From assembly GCA_023251675.1 (NCBI GenBank), contig JAHEYJ010000002.1, positions 1-56,816 of the forward strand: a stretch of 56,816 nt of DNA, read 5' to 3'. The notes under the pieces are model-generated. The model saw only the letters and a list, made by a program, of their open reading frames with translations, did not search any database and was not told where the DNA came from. Positions 1 through 8,463 of the stretch are shown here, piece by piece (within the stretch, counting starts at the first letter, position 1; every line of letters begins with the position of its first letter). The position numbers were made by a program, and so were the translations under genes. This DNA comes from Bacteroidota bacterium. Lineage in GTDB: Bacteria; Bacteroidota; Bacteroidia; Palsa-948.

Positions 1-6
1 TGACTT

Positions 7-429
7 ATGGCGTCGAAAAAAAAACTCCTAATACAAAACGATTATGATTTTCTTCTTTTCGGGATCAGCTGCGGGGAAAAACTCTATCGTCTCTGCTGGG
101 CGCTGAACAACCAGCTGAACGTTTCTTTTTCGAAAGGAAAGGACATGGAGATTGCAGAAAAAAACCAGGAGGTTCAGACAAAATTTCCGGTGTTCTCTTT
201 CCGCGATGAAGAAACACTTACCGATTATAAAGTGATTTTAAATAAAACAGAAAATAAATTTCTTGTTCCTGAATACAAACAGGCGGATTACCTGCTGATG
301 ATCCAGGGCGGTATCCCGTATTCGGAAAGAAGTTCTATTCTGAAAAAAATAAAAGAAGTCGCATTTGTTCAAACTTCATTTGAGATCGATCCGCGAAAAA
401 TAAAATCAAAAGAAAGTTTCATTTTTTAA
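7..429 (+). CDS. IPExxxVDY family protein (function unknown)
   Basis: 140-aa ORF just upstream of pyk. It contains FLVPEYKQADYLL, which fits the IPExxxVDY signature of a small Bacteroidota family usually found next to pyruvate kinase. Confidence 0.6.
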   Translation: MASKKKLLIQNDYDFLLFGISCGEKLYRLCWALNNQLNVSFSKGKDMEIAEKNQEVQTKFPVFSFRDEETLTDYKVILNKTENKFLVPEYKQADYLLMIQGGIPYSERSSILKKIKEVAFVQTSFEIDPRKIKSKESFIF

Positions 430-439
430 AACGACACAT

Positions 440-1867
440 GTGATAAAGCATAATAAAACAAAGATCATTGCCACGGTAGGCCCTGCCTCTTCTTCAGAAA
501 AGGTACTGGAGAAAATGATAAACGGAGGAGTGGATATTTTCAGGATCAATTTTTCCCATGGTTCCTATGAAGAAGTGAAACAAATAATTACTTCCATACG
601 GAAGCTGAATAAAAAACTGAATACCAACATCGGAATCCTTGCGGACCTGCAGGGGCCAAAGATCCGGATAGGAAAAGTTAAAGACAATGCCATCCAGCTC
701 AAAGAAGGAAAAACAATATCATTTACCGGCAAAGAATGCCTGGGTGATGAATCACAGCTGTTCATTACGTACAGGCATTTTCCTTCCGATGTTTCACCCG
801 GAGAACGGATCCTGATCAACGACGGCAAATTCCTGCTGGAGGTCATCAGCACGAATAAAAAAGATCTGGTCAAAGCAAAAATTATACAGGGTGGAACACT
901 TTCATCAAATAAAGGAGTAAACCTTCCCAACACTAAAATTTCACTGCCATGCCTTACGGCTAAAGATTTAAAGGATCTTGATTTTGCCCTTGCAAATGAA
1001 GTAGAATGGATAGGGCTTTCTTTTGTCCGCTCAGTAACCGACATCGTGGACCTGAAAAATATCATCAAAAGAAAACATAAACATGCGCGGGTTATAGCCA
1101 AGATCGAAAAACCGGAAGCGCTGGGAGAAATTGATAATATCATAGACCTTGCTGACGGTATCATGGTGGCGAGGGGAGACCTGGGCGTTGAACTTCCGAT
1201 GGAACAAGTACCTATGATTCAGAAAATGTTGGTGGAAAAATGCATCCATGCATCCCGGCCGGTGATCATAGCTACGCAGATGATGGAAAGCATGATTGAA
1301 AATTTTTCACCCACACGGGCAGAAGTAAATGATGTAGCCAATGCGGTGATGGACGGAGCGGATGCAGTGATGCTGAGCGCTGAAACTTCGGTTGGAAAAT
1401 TTCCGATCCAGGTAATTGAAAACATGCAGAAGATCGTGGCCCGTGTTGAGCAGGAAGAAAGAATTTTTTACCGACAGCATCCGCCTGTTCTGAAAACACA
1501 GACTTTTATTTCAGATTCTATTTGTTACAATGCATGTGTAATGGCCCGCCAGGCAAATGTAGCAGCGATTGTAACGATGACCAATTCGGGATATACTGCT
1601 TTTCGGATTTCAAGTCATCGCCCAAAAGCAAATATTTTTGTTTTCACCGATAATCATGCGCTGCTTACCACTTTAAGCCTGGTTTGGGGCGTACGCGGTT
1701 TTTACTATGACAAATACGAGAGTACGGATAAAACGATGGAAGACTTGAAAAGATACTTGAAAAAGGCAGGGTATCTGAAAACGGACGACCTTGTCATTAA
1801 CACAGCCAGCATGCCGTTGATAGAAAAGGGCAGAACGAACATGCTGCGGCTCAGCCGGGTAGAATAA
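440..1867 (+). CDS. pyk: pyruvate kinase
   Basis: 475 aa. Motifs KTKIIATVGPAS and MVARGDLGVE are present and the architecture is full length. GTG start at 440, as in the ORF track. Confidence 0.95.
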   Translation: MIKHNKTKIIATVGPASSSEKVLEKMINGGVDIFRINFSHGSYEEVKQIITSIRKLNKKLNTNIGILADLQGPKIRIGKVKDNAIQLKEGKTISFTGKECLGDESQLFITYRHFPSDVSPGERILINDGKFLLEVISTNKKDLVKAKIIQGGTLSSNKGVNLPNTKISLPCLTAKDLKDLDFALANEVEWIGLSFVRSVTDIVDLKNIIKRKHKHARVIAKIEKPEALGEIDNIIDLADGIMVARGDLGVELPMEQVPMIQKMLVEKCIHASRPVIIATQMMESMIENFSPTRAEVNDVANAVMDGADAVMLSAETSVGKFPIQVIENMQKIVARVEQEERIFYRQHPPVLKTQTFISDSICYNACVMARQANVAAIVTMTNSGYTAFRISSHRPKANIFVFTDNHALLTTLSLVWGVRGFYYDKYESTDKTMEDLKRYLKKAGYLKTDDLVINTASMPLIEKGRTNMLRLSRVE

Positions 1868-1870
1868 AAA

Positions 1871-1896
1871 AAGTCATCCGGTCCCCCGGATGACTT
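1871..1896. terminator. hairpin between convergent pyk and the 1950-2261 gene
   Basis: aagtcatccgg-tccc-ccggatgactt gives an 11-bp perfect stem. The A-run on the + side reads as a T-run on the minus strand. Confidence 0.7.
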
Positions 1897-1949
1897 ATCC
1901 CCATGAAAAACCCCCGTTCCCGAATGATCGGGATAGGAATTTATTTTTA

Positions 1950-2261
1950 TCAGAGTTTTACCTCGTGAATTCGGTGTAATGGAATGATAATTCCTTGCTT
2001 GAGTATCACCCGTTTATCCGTTATTCCCCAGATGTTCGTTTCAATCTCGCGGATACCGGTCTCGTCTTCAAAAACTATTTTTGCTTTTCCCTTATATGAA
2101 TTTCCAAGAACTACGGCCCTTTCAAGGGCAAGGCGTCGTTGAATGATTTTTTCTACAGAGTCAAGTACTTCCTCCTCAGGAAAATGCAGAAGACCGATGT
2201 CTTTATTTTCAACTTGTAAATGAACTGCAGGAAAACCCGGTGGCATGTGATGCATTTTCAT
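1950..2261 (-). CDS. hypothetical protein
   Basis: 103-aa ORF with a terminator downstream. No family recognised from sequence. Confidence 0.5.
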   Translation of the reverse strand: MKMHHMPPGFPAVHLQVENKDIGLLHFPEEEVLDSVEKIIQRRLALERAVVLGNSYKGKAKIVFEDETGIREIETNIWGITDKRVILKQGIIIPLHRIHEVKL

Positions 2262-2351
2262 TCTCTAACGTAAGGAAATTGAAAATGTTTTTGCTATTTA
2301 GACGAGTGGAAATAAACCGAAGACGAACAGAAAGAAACGCTCGGTATAAAA

Positions 2352-3722
2352 TCATTCCAATAAGGCAACCTTCATTATTTTCTTTGTGGAGGAGAGGACT
2401 TTAAACCGGTTATCGATGCGATGACCGATCACCCATGCTATTTTATTATCTGATTCAAGGATCCATGTATTCTCTTTTTCGCCGATCGGAATTTTTTGAT
2501 CGATCAGGAAGTCACTCAGTTTCTTTTTTCCCTTCATGCCTAAGGGTGAAAAAAAATCACCCTGTTTCCACCTGCGGATCTTTAAAGGGAAATGAAGTTT
2601 AGAATAATCAAAGTAGGCGATGGAGCTGCTTTTATCTTTTACTTTAGTAAGGTTCCCCGTAAGACATTCCGTTTTCATGCGGAGGAATTCATTTTGAAAA
2701 TCAGTTTGATTTTCTTGCAGCAGAAATTCTTCGGATATTTCTTTAGTCCCTCCTTTATGGAATGGAGACAAGGGTGAAAGGATCAGGAAATCCCTGTCTT
2801 TTATCAAGCGATAAGTTGGGGAGAGAAATTTTTTACCGGCAGTAGTATACAAACGTTGCGCAATAAGTTCGGTGGTTTCAGGCGTGAAATCATAGCTGCG
2901 GAGAAGTTCATGGAGAATGGTTTCGGCATAGCCGCTTTCTTTCAGTTTCAGGATGTTGAGACGAATGTTTTTTCCTTCTTTGGAAACAATTTCTTTTCTC
3001 TTTTCAGCAATGAAGTTTTTGAAAATATCGGCCGCATCTTTGAAATAAGAAAATTCCTTCGAAATGGTTTTTTCAAAACCCAGGTTTAATTTTTTCAGAG
3101 AAGGAATGATATGATTACGGATGTTGTTTCGCAAGTATTTATCGGAGCGGTTGCTGCTGTCTTCTCTCCACTGCAGGTTATTTTCTTTTGCATAGGTCAG
3201 GATCATTTTTTTGTTAGCGAACAGCAAAGGCCGGAGTATGTTATCTTGTTTTGCAGGCACTCCATGAAGGCCAGCGATCCCGGTTCCGCGGAGTAGGTTG
3301 ATGAAAAAAGTCTCAATAGAATCATCCAAATGATGAGCCGTTACAATAAAATCATATTGATTATCCATGGCCAGCCGTTTCAGCCATTCGTACCGAAGTT
3401 CACGGGCGGCCATCTGTATGGAAATTTTTTTTCGCTTTGCAAACGCAGCGGTACGAAATGATTTCCTGTGAAAAGGAACATGGTATTTCTTTGCAAGAAG
3501 TTTTACAAATTGCTCATCCCCGTCCGATTCTTTTCCCCGGAGATTAAAATTACAATGTGCAATGCTGAAAGCCAATCCTGATTTATGGAACAAATCACTC
3601 ATCACCGTGGAGTCAATACCCCCGCTAACGGTCAGGAGAAATTTAACACTGGCCTTGTCGTGGCCGGATATGGAGAGAATTATTTTTTCTTTCCGGAAAA
3701 ATTCCTGAAACTGTTCTAACAT
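2352..3722 (-). CDS. tilS: tRNA(Ile)-lysidine synthetase
   Basis: 456 aa. N-terminal PP-loop SGGIDS and the HCNFNLRG motif are typical of TilS. Confidence 0.9.
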   Translation of the reverse strand: MLEQFQEFFRKEKIILSISGHDKASVKFLLTVSGGIDSTVMSDLFHKSGLAFSIAHCNFNLRGKESDGDEQFVKLLAKKYHVPFHRKSFRTAAFAKRKKISIQMAARELRYEWLKRLAMDNQYDFIVTAHHLDDSIETFFINLLRGTGIAGLHGVPAKQDNILRPLLFANKKMILTYAKENNLQWREDSSNRSDKYLRNNIRNHIIPSLKKLNLGFEKTISKEFSYFKDAADIFKNFIAEKRKEIVSKEGKNIRLNILKLKESGYAETILHELLRSYDFTPETTELIAQRLYTTAGKKFLSPTYRLIKDRDFLILSPLSPFHKGGTKEISEEFLLQENQTDFQNEFLRMKTECLTGNLTKVKDKSSSIAYFDYSKLHFPLKIRRWKQGDFFSPLGMKGKKKLSDFLIDQKIPIGEKENTWILESDNKIAWVIGHRIDNRFKVLSSTKKIMKVALLE

Positions 3723-3728
3723 ATTTAT

Positions 3729-5069
3729 TTATGAAAAAACATTGTTAAGTTTTTCTCTTGTTTTTCGTTCTCTTTGTTTTTGGAGGGAGCTGATGCCCAG
3801 GGCTTCCAGCATACCGTTTGCTTTCAGCAGGCATTCTTCGTATTCTTTTTCAGGAATTGAATTTGCCGTAATCGCGCTTCCTGCCTGAAAGGATAAGTAT
3901 TTTGAAGCAGCATTATAAAGAATGCTTCGTATGACCACATTAAAGTCAAAATCCCCGTCCGGAGTAATATAGCCGACTGCACCTGAATACATACCTCGTT
4001 TCGTTTTTTCGTAATGCTCGATCAATTCCATTGCTTTTATTTTTGGGGCGCCGGTCATCGAACCCATAGGAAATGAATTTTTCAAAACATCTGAAAAATG
4101 AAATCCGTCTTTTATCTCTCCGCTTACGGTAGAGATCATCTGGTGCCAATGCCGGAAGGTATAAACGCCAAACAATTCATCCACTTTCACGCGTTCACAG
4201 GTTCTGGACAGATCATTTCTGACCAGATCAACGATCATCACGTTTTCGCTTCGTTCTTTGTTGTTTTGAAGGAGACGATCCTTAAGCAACAGATCATCCG
4301 CAATTGTTTTTCCCCTTGGGGCGGTTCCTTTTATCGGCTGTGAGATTATCTTCTTTCCTGATTTTTTCAGAAACCGTTCAGGACTGGCGCAAAGTAAAAA
4401 CGTATCATTCAAACGGAAAAATGCGGAGAAAGGCGCCTGCGATGTTTCATTCAGTTTTATAAAAAGATCAGAGGGATTTATTTCTGCCTGTTCAGAATAA
4501 AACTCCATGCAGTAATTCATTTCATAAATATCCCCGTGTTGAATATGGTCTTTGATCCTGCGAACTGTGCGGATATATTCTTCCGATGAAATTCTTGTTT
4601 TAATTTTATTTTGATACCCGATACCCGATACCCGATACCGGATACCCGATATTTCATGAAATAGGTTTTCAATTTCTTTTTCAGATGAAATCTCCGGAAT
4701 AAAATAAATTTCTACAAGGCCTCCCTTTACAATAAAAACAAATTTCGGGCGAAAAAAATGCATGGATGGAAACCCAATGCCGTCATAATTGCCGGACGAT
4801 AGAACTTCAACTTCATTTTTCAGATCATAAGAAAGAAATCCGAACAGCCAGTCTTGCTTCTCTTCGTGAAACTGCTTAATTGCTTCAAAAGAATTATCCG
4901 TAGAATTTATCGTGCCTATTGTATCAATACCGGCAATCAGGCCCGCAGAACTTCCTTCCCAGCCATTACTTGTGAAGATCGCTGAGCAGGCAATACGGCT
5001 GGAATAAAAAAGAAGGTTTGTAATGAAAGAATCACAATCCGTTACCTTAAAGGAGAGCATTTTTCTCAT
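3729..5069 (-). CDS. pabB: chorismate-binding enzyme, probably aminodeoxychorismate synthase component I
   Basis: 446 aa. Motifs PKIKAMELIEHYE, RGMYSGAVGY and SIPEKEYEE belong to the TrpE/PabB family. PabB versus TrpE was not resolved by eye. Confidence 0.75.
   Translation of the reverse strand: MRKMLSFKVTDCDSFITNLLFYSSRIACSAIFTSNGWEGSSAGLIAGIDTIGTINSTDNSFEAIKQFHEEKQDWLFGFLSYDLKNEVEVLSSGNYDGIGFPSMHFFRPKFVFIVKGGLVEIYFIPEISSEKEIENLFHEISGIRYRVSGIGYQNKIKTRISSEEYIRTVRRIKDHIQHGDIYEMNYCMEFYSEQAEINPSDLFIKLNETSQAPFSAFFRLNDTFLLCASPERFLKKSGKKIISQPIKGTAPRGKTIADDLLLKDRLLQNNKERSENVMIVDLVRNDLSRTCERVKVDELFGVYTFRHWHQMISTVSGEIKDGFHFSDVLKNSFPMGSMTGAPKIKAMELIEHYEKTKRGMYSGAVGYITPDGDFDFNVVIRSILYNAASKYLSFQAGSAITANSIPEKEYEECLLKANGMLEALGISSLQKQRERKTREKLNNVFS
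4614..4648. repeat. heptamer array (atacccg)x5, in frame in the pabB-like gene
   Basis: atacccg atacccg atacccg ataccgg atacccg. On the minus strand it encodes SGIRYRVSGIGY. Confidence 0.9.
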
Positions 5070-5189
5070 GAGGCAAATGTATACTTATCCGTTTCTTTGA
5101 AATAATATTTTTTAGAATGATTTTTATCAGTTTAATGCACGACTTCGTCTAAGATTTTCTGCCGCTCGTCTAAATCTTTATTTTTTTAC

Positions 5190-5219
5190 TTGACAACCTA
5201 AAATACACGCATACATTTG
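5190..5219 (+). promoter_or_regulatory. Bacteroidota sigma-A type promoter (TTG-N19-TACATTTG)
   Basis: TTG at 5190-5192, TAcaTTTG at 5212-5219, 19-nt spacer. No + strand CDS lies downstream. Confidence 0.5.
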
Positions 5220-5225
5220 GCTCAC

Positions 5226-5335
5226 AAAACAGAAAGGAACTCACTACTAAAGATAATGCTCCCTTAAACGGAAGCAGTTTGTTTCATGGCGATGTTAGAA
5301 AGGCCTCCGACCGAGTCGGAGGTCTTCTAATTTTA
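5226..5335 (+). ncRNA. candidate small RNA (orphan promoter-to-terminator unit)
   Basis: About 110 nt lies between the 5190-5219 promoter and the 5302-5324 hairpin plus T-rich tail. It sits in a 310-bp gap between hemH and the pabB-like gene. The only ORF inside is 14 codons. Confidence 0.3.
5302..5324. terminator. hairpin downstream of hemH, also closing the candidate sRNA
   Basis: ggcctccgac-cga-gtcggaggtc, followed by ttctaatttta. Confidence 0.6.
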
Positions 5336-5379
5336 TAGAGGTGCAAAAGGACGCAGAAGGGGAGTACGGTTATCGCGCG

Positions 5380-6372
5380 CTATTTCAAGACTATATTTTT
5401 CAGAGCAGAGATCCATTTGGGATTTTCATTCAGGCTTTCCACCAATGTTATTTCCTCGCCTCCGTGGTGTTGGAAAAGGAGATGGTATTCTTTACCAATT
5501 TCATAAATAGTTTCAAGACAGTCGGCAACGAAGGCAGGTGAAAAAACAAGGATCTTTTTAATTCCCTGCTTTGCTTTCTCCACTACCACTTTATCGGAAT
5601 ACGGTTTCAGCCATTTGTCATCCAGCCGTGACTGGAAGGAAAGAGAATATTTTTCTTTGGGGATGTTCAATCGTTGCGCAAGTTGCCGGGTTGTTTCAAA
5701 ACATCCCGCACGGTAGCAGAATTTGTTCTTGTCATTGATGGAAGAGCAGCATTCGTCGCTCAGTTTACAAAAACCGGATTCTTTGGTGATCTGCCGTTCA
5801 GGCAATCCATGATAGCTGAAAATGAAGTGGTCGTATTTACCCAGATCGTATTTCCCGGCAACATCCACCAGCGCTTCAATATAATTCTCATCATCATAGA
5901 ATTTTTCAATGAATCGTACAGGAGGGTAATTACTTTTCCAAATGATCCGTTTTACCTTTTCAATTGATGATTTTGTGGATGAAGTAGCATACTGGGGATA
6001 AAGCGGTATGGCAACAATCTCAGAAACATTTTTCTTTTTCAGGCTTTGCAGGGCCGTTTCAATACCCGGGCTTTGGTAGCGCATCCCAAATTCAACCGCA
6101 TAATCACTTCCCAGCTCTTTCTGAAGGAGTTCTTTAACCTTCATGCCATGATTAATAAGAGGAGAACCCTCTTTTGTCCATATCTGTTCGTAAAGCTTTG
6201 CTGACTTCTTCGCACGGAAAGGGACAATAATGCAATTCACAAGAAAAAACCTTGCAACCGGGTTGATGGCAATTACATACGGATCATTCAGGAATTGGGA
6301 AAGATACTTTCTTACGTCTTTTACAGACGGAGAGTCAGGAGAACCGAGATTGATCAATAAAACACCTTTCAT
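5380..6372 (-). CDS. hemH: ferrochelatase
   Basis: 330 aa. N-terminus MKGVLLINLGSPDSPSVKDVRKYLSQFLNDPYVI and FSYHGLPE are typical of HemH. Confidence 0.9.
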   Translation of the reverse strand: MKGVLLINLGSPDSPSVKDVRKYLSQFLNDPYVIAINPVARFFLVNCIIVPFRAKKSAKLYEQIWTKEGSPLINHGMKVKELLQKELGSDYAVEFGMRYQSPGIETALQSLKKKNVSEIVAIPLYPQYATSSTKSSIEKVKRIIWKSNYPPVRFIEKFYDDENYIEALVDVAGKYDLGKYDHFIFSYHGLPERQITKESGFCKLSDECCSSINDKNKFCYRAGCFETTRQLAQRLNIPKEKYSLSFQSRLDDKWLKPYSDKVVVEKAKQGIKKILVFSPAFVADCLETIYEIGKEYHLLFQHHGGEEITLVESLNENPKWISALKNIVLK

Positions 6373-6378
6373 AGATCT

Positions 6379-6420
6379 GCGAATACGAATCCCGATAGGG
6401 ATCGGGACGAATATACGAAT
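6379..6420. promoter_or_regulatory. palindrome flanked by ACGAAT words in the divergent hemH / peptidase region
   Basis: tcccgat-aggg-atcggga at 6390-6407, flanked by cgaatacgaat and cgaatatacgaat. Confidence 0.3.
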
Positions 6421-6490
6421 TGCCTATTGCCGACTGTGTACTGCCAACTTGGTTTTTTTTGTACGTTTGTTTCCCTTAAAACAATTCATC

Positions 6491-7867
6491 ATGTCAACAC
6501 AACTCAACTCCTACATTGAAGCCAACAAAGATCGTTTCCTCAATGAACTTCTTGACCTGCTTCGCATCCCATCCGTCAGCGCCGATCCGAAATATAAAAA
6601 TGATGTGCTGCGCACGGCACAAGCGTTACAGCAAAAATTAATTGAAGCAGGTGCGAATAAAGTCGAAGTATGTCCAACCGCAGGGCATCCGATCGTATAT
6701 GGAGAAAAAATAATTGATGCGTCGTTACCAACGGTGCTGGTGTACGGGCATTACGATGTACAACCTGCTGATCCGCTCGATCTCTGGACCTCGCCGCCTT
6801 TTGAACCGGTCATCAAGAACGACCAGATCTATGCGCGCGGTTCCTGCGATGACAAAGGCCAGGTGTATATGCACTTGAAAGCATTTGAAGCGATGATGAA
6901 AACCAACACCCTTTCCTGCAATGTAAAATTTATGATCGAAGGGGAAGAAGAGGTCGGTTCATCGAACCTTGGAATTTTCATCAAGGCGAATAAAGAACGA
7001 CTGAAAGCGGATATGGTAATGGTTTCGGATACGAGCATTCTTGACAATAAGGTTCCTTCCATTACCGTTGGCCTTCGCGGGCTTGCCTACATGGAAGTAG
7101 AAGTGACCGGACCAAACCGCGATCTGCATTCGGGTGTTTACGGAGGGGCTGTTGCAAATCCCGTGAACGTTCTGTGCAACCTGATCGCATCGCTGCAGGA
7201 CAAGAACGGAAAGATCACCATTCCCGGATTTTATAAGGATGTTCAGATCGTCAACAAAAAGGAACGGGCAGAAATGGCAAAAGCGCCATTCAGCAGGAAA
7301 GCGTACATAAAAGAACTGAATGTTGCTGACCTGAAAGGTGAAAAAGGATATTCTCCTTTGGAGCAAACTTCCATTCGACCGACGCTGGATGTGAACGGAA
7401 TTTGGGGAGGTTATACCGGCGAAGGCGCTAAAACCGTTCTTCCGTCAAAAGCATTTGCGAAGATATCCATGCGCCTGGTGCCGCATCAGAACTCCGAGAA
7501 GATCTCAAAACTTTTCGAAAAACATTTTAAAAAGATCGCGCCTAAATATGTGAAAGTAAAAGTTACTGCGTTGCATGGCGGTGAAGCCGTTGTTACACCA
7601 ACCGATTCCATTGCTTACAAAGCAGCCAGCCAGGCGATGCAGGAAACATTTGGTAAAAAACCAATTCCGGTTCGCTCAGGGGGAAGCATTCCGATCGTAG
7701 CTCTTTTTGAAAAAGAACTCGGACTGAAAACCGTTCTCATGGGATTTGGTTTGGATACAGATGATATTCATTCGCCGAATGAACATTACGGATTGTTCAA
7801 TTATTATAAAGGCATTGAGACGATCCCGTTGTTCTTTAAGTATTATGCCGAAATGAGCAAAGGATGA
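6491..7867 (+). CDS. M20 family dipeptidase
   Basis: Start set at ATG 6491 (MSTQLNSYIEANKDRFLNELLDLLRIPSVSADP). GHYDVQPAD and MIEGEEEVGS are M20 motifs. The ORF-track extension from 6230 overlaps hemH in antisense. Confidence 0.85.
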   Translation: MSTQLNSYIEANKDRFLNELLDLLRIPSVSADPKYKNDVLRTAQALQQKLIEAGANKVEVCPTAGHPIVYGEKIIDASLPTVLVYGHYDVQPADPLDLWTSPPFEPVIKNDQIYARGSCDDKGQVYMHLKAFEAMMKTNTLSCNVKFMIEGEEEVGSSNLGIFIKANKERLKADMVMVSDTSILDNKVPSITVGLRGLAYMEVEVTGPNRDLHSGVYGGAVANPVNVLCNLIASLQDKNGKITIPGFYKDVQIVNKKERAEMAKAPFSRKAYIKELNVADLKGEKGYSPLEQTSIRPTLDVNGIWGGYTGEGAKTVLPSKAFAKISMRLVPHQNSEKISKLFEKHFKKIAPKYVKVKVTALHGGEAVVTPTDSIAYKAASQAMQETFGKKPIPVRSGGSIPIVALFEKELGLKTVLMGFGLDTDDIHSPNEHYGLFNYYKGIETIPLFFKYYAEMSKG

Positions 7868-8328
7868 GAAAAACCTTGTTAGCTATAAGCTGTTGGCTAT
7901 TGGCTATTGGCTTTTTTTCCTGTAAAGAAATTCAGCCGGTAACAGTTGGTGGAGTCAGCAATGTGAAGCTCATCAGCCTGACCAAAGAGGGAATTGAATT
8001 TGATTTTGATATGACGATCAACAATCCAAACCCGGTGGGAGTTACCGTTTTCCCTACAACCTTTGATGCGAACATCAATGATATAAATGCCGGCCACGTA
8101 AGACTGGCACAGAAAACAAAAATTAAAGCGAAAGGCGAACACACATCAACGTTTCATATAAAGACCGATTTCTCAAAACTTGAATTCAACGACCTTCCAA
8201 AAAGTTTATTGATGATCGCTTCGAAAAAAGGAAGCATCTACTTAAAAGGCGATATGAAGATCGGAAGATGGTTCTATAAAAAGAAATTCCCGATCGAGCT
8301 GAAGAAAACGATATCCCTATCGAAATAG
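7864..8328 (+). CDS. LEA14-like (LEA_2 / NDR1-HIN1-like) lipoprotein
   Basis: 154 aa with lipobox FFSC and an Ig-like LEA_2-type sequence. ATGA overlap with the upstream gene. Confidence 0.65.
   Translation: MRKTLLAISCWLLAIGFFSCKEIQPVTVGGVSNVKLISLTKEGIEFDFDMTINNPNPVGVTVFPTTFDANINDINAGHVRLAQKTKIKAKGEHTSTFHIKTDFSKLEFNDLPKSLLMIASKKGSIYLKGDMKIGRWFYKKKFPIELKKTISLSK
7882..7916. repeat. heptamer array (gctattg-like)x5 encoding a signal-peptide core
   Basis: gctataa gctgttg gctattg gctattg gcttttt. It encodes LAISCWLLAIGFF. Confidence 0.85.
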
Positions 8329-8463
8329 GAATATTCAAGTTACAAGCATCAAATCCCAAATAAATACCAACACCTAAATTCAAAGCACGAAACTGTTTGG
8401 GATTTTGATTTTTTGGATTCGATATTATTTGTAATTTGAGATTTGAACATTGAAATTTTCTCT

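Noticed and set aside
565-1499. Minus-strand ORFs of 68-199 aa inside pyk. Similar antisense or out-of-frame ORFs lie inside tilS, pabB, hemH, gcvP, ispG, the gld genes, uvrC and the adhesin genes.
   Set aside because: They are fully nested in confidently identified genes. They have low-complexity or odd composition and no recognisable motifs or own signals. They are shadow ORFs.
2297-5174. A shared 11-mer, ctcgtctaaat, upstream of the 1950-2261 gene (minus strand, about 2297-2307) and upstream of the candidate sRNA promoter (5163-5173).
   Set aside because: By rough estimate, a single 11-nt match among a few kb of AT-rich intergenic DNA is expected by chance. There is no palindromy or further copies.
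5226-5335. SRP (4.5S) RNA, suggested by the GGAAGCAG string at about 5272.
   Set aside because: The surrounding sequence lacks the conserved domain IV symmetric and asymmetric loops and the long closing helix. The match is only an isolated 8-mer.
6230-6490. An N-terminal extension of 87 codons on the M20 peptidase ORF.
   Set aside because: It overlaps the 5' end of hemH on the opposite strand and crosses the repeat-rich intergenic region. The conserved peptidase N-terminus begins at ATG 6491.
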